Positions 63,972-64,000 of a stretch of DNA of 64,000 nucleotides are shown here, in pieces. Position numbers and translations under genes: made by a program. The notes under the pieces are model-generated. The model did no database searches and was not told where the DNA came from. It worked only from the letters and a program-made list of their open reading frames with translations. Numbering within the stretch: position 1 is the stretch's first letter; each line of letters opens with the position of its first letter. The stretch is from an uncultured Acidobacteriota bacterium (GTDB lineage Bacteria; Acidobacteriota; Vicinamibacteria; Fen-336): positions 3,040,001 through 3,104,000 of the forward strand of contig OY970399.1 of assembly GCA_963720545.1 (NCBI GenBank). The letters run 5' to 3'.

Positions 63972-64000
63972 AAAGGACGAGGCAAAAGCCTCTCACGAAG

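Noticed and set aside
1..64000. Prophage, IS element or defence island
   Set aside because: No integrase, transposase, phage structural, nuclease or reverse-transcriptase motifs recognised; composition looks uniform by eye.

Overview
High-GC bacterial chromosomal segment, most likely Acidobacteriota (it carries an acidobacterial-type PadR plus ADOP duplicated-permease pair). It is densely coding, with about 52 genes. I recognised no rRNA, tRNA, CRISPR-cas, integrase or transposase. Ordinary content includes the 3' end of sucA, korAB, phoD, ddl, a frameshifted dusB, peptidases and transporters. Three loci stand out. (1) 44.4-45.5 kb: a promoter- and terminator-bounded, ~205-nt, highly structured candidate ncRNA with a predicted H-type pseudoknot. 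It converges on a Gly/Tyr-rich RRM protein gene that appears to start at AUU and has three 36-nt tandem repeats immediately after its stop codon. (2) 2.7-13.9 kb: a coupled operon of a TonB-dependent receptor, an acetoacetate-decarboxylase-fold protein and two paralogous ~730-aa desaturase-like flavoproteins, downstream of a Ser/Thr kinase-ATPase. Its pathway is unknown to me. (3) 33-42 kb: a LacI-associated TonB/GH144-like/GH3/MFS glucan-utilisation locus. Candidate regulatory motifs are also readable (PadR operators, sigma54 and ECF42-type promoters, several apparently leaderless starts). All family assignments come from motif recognition by eye; no database search or folding software was run.
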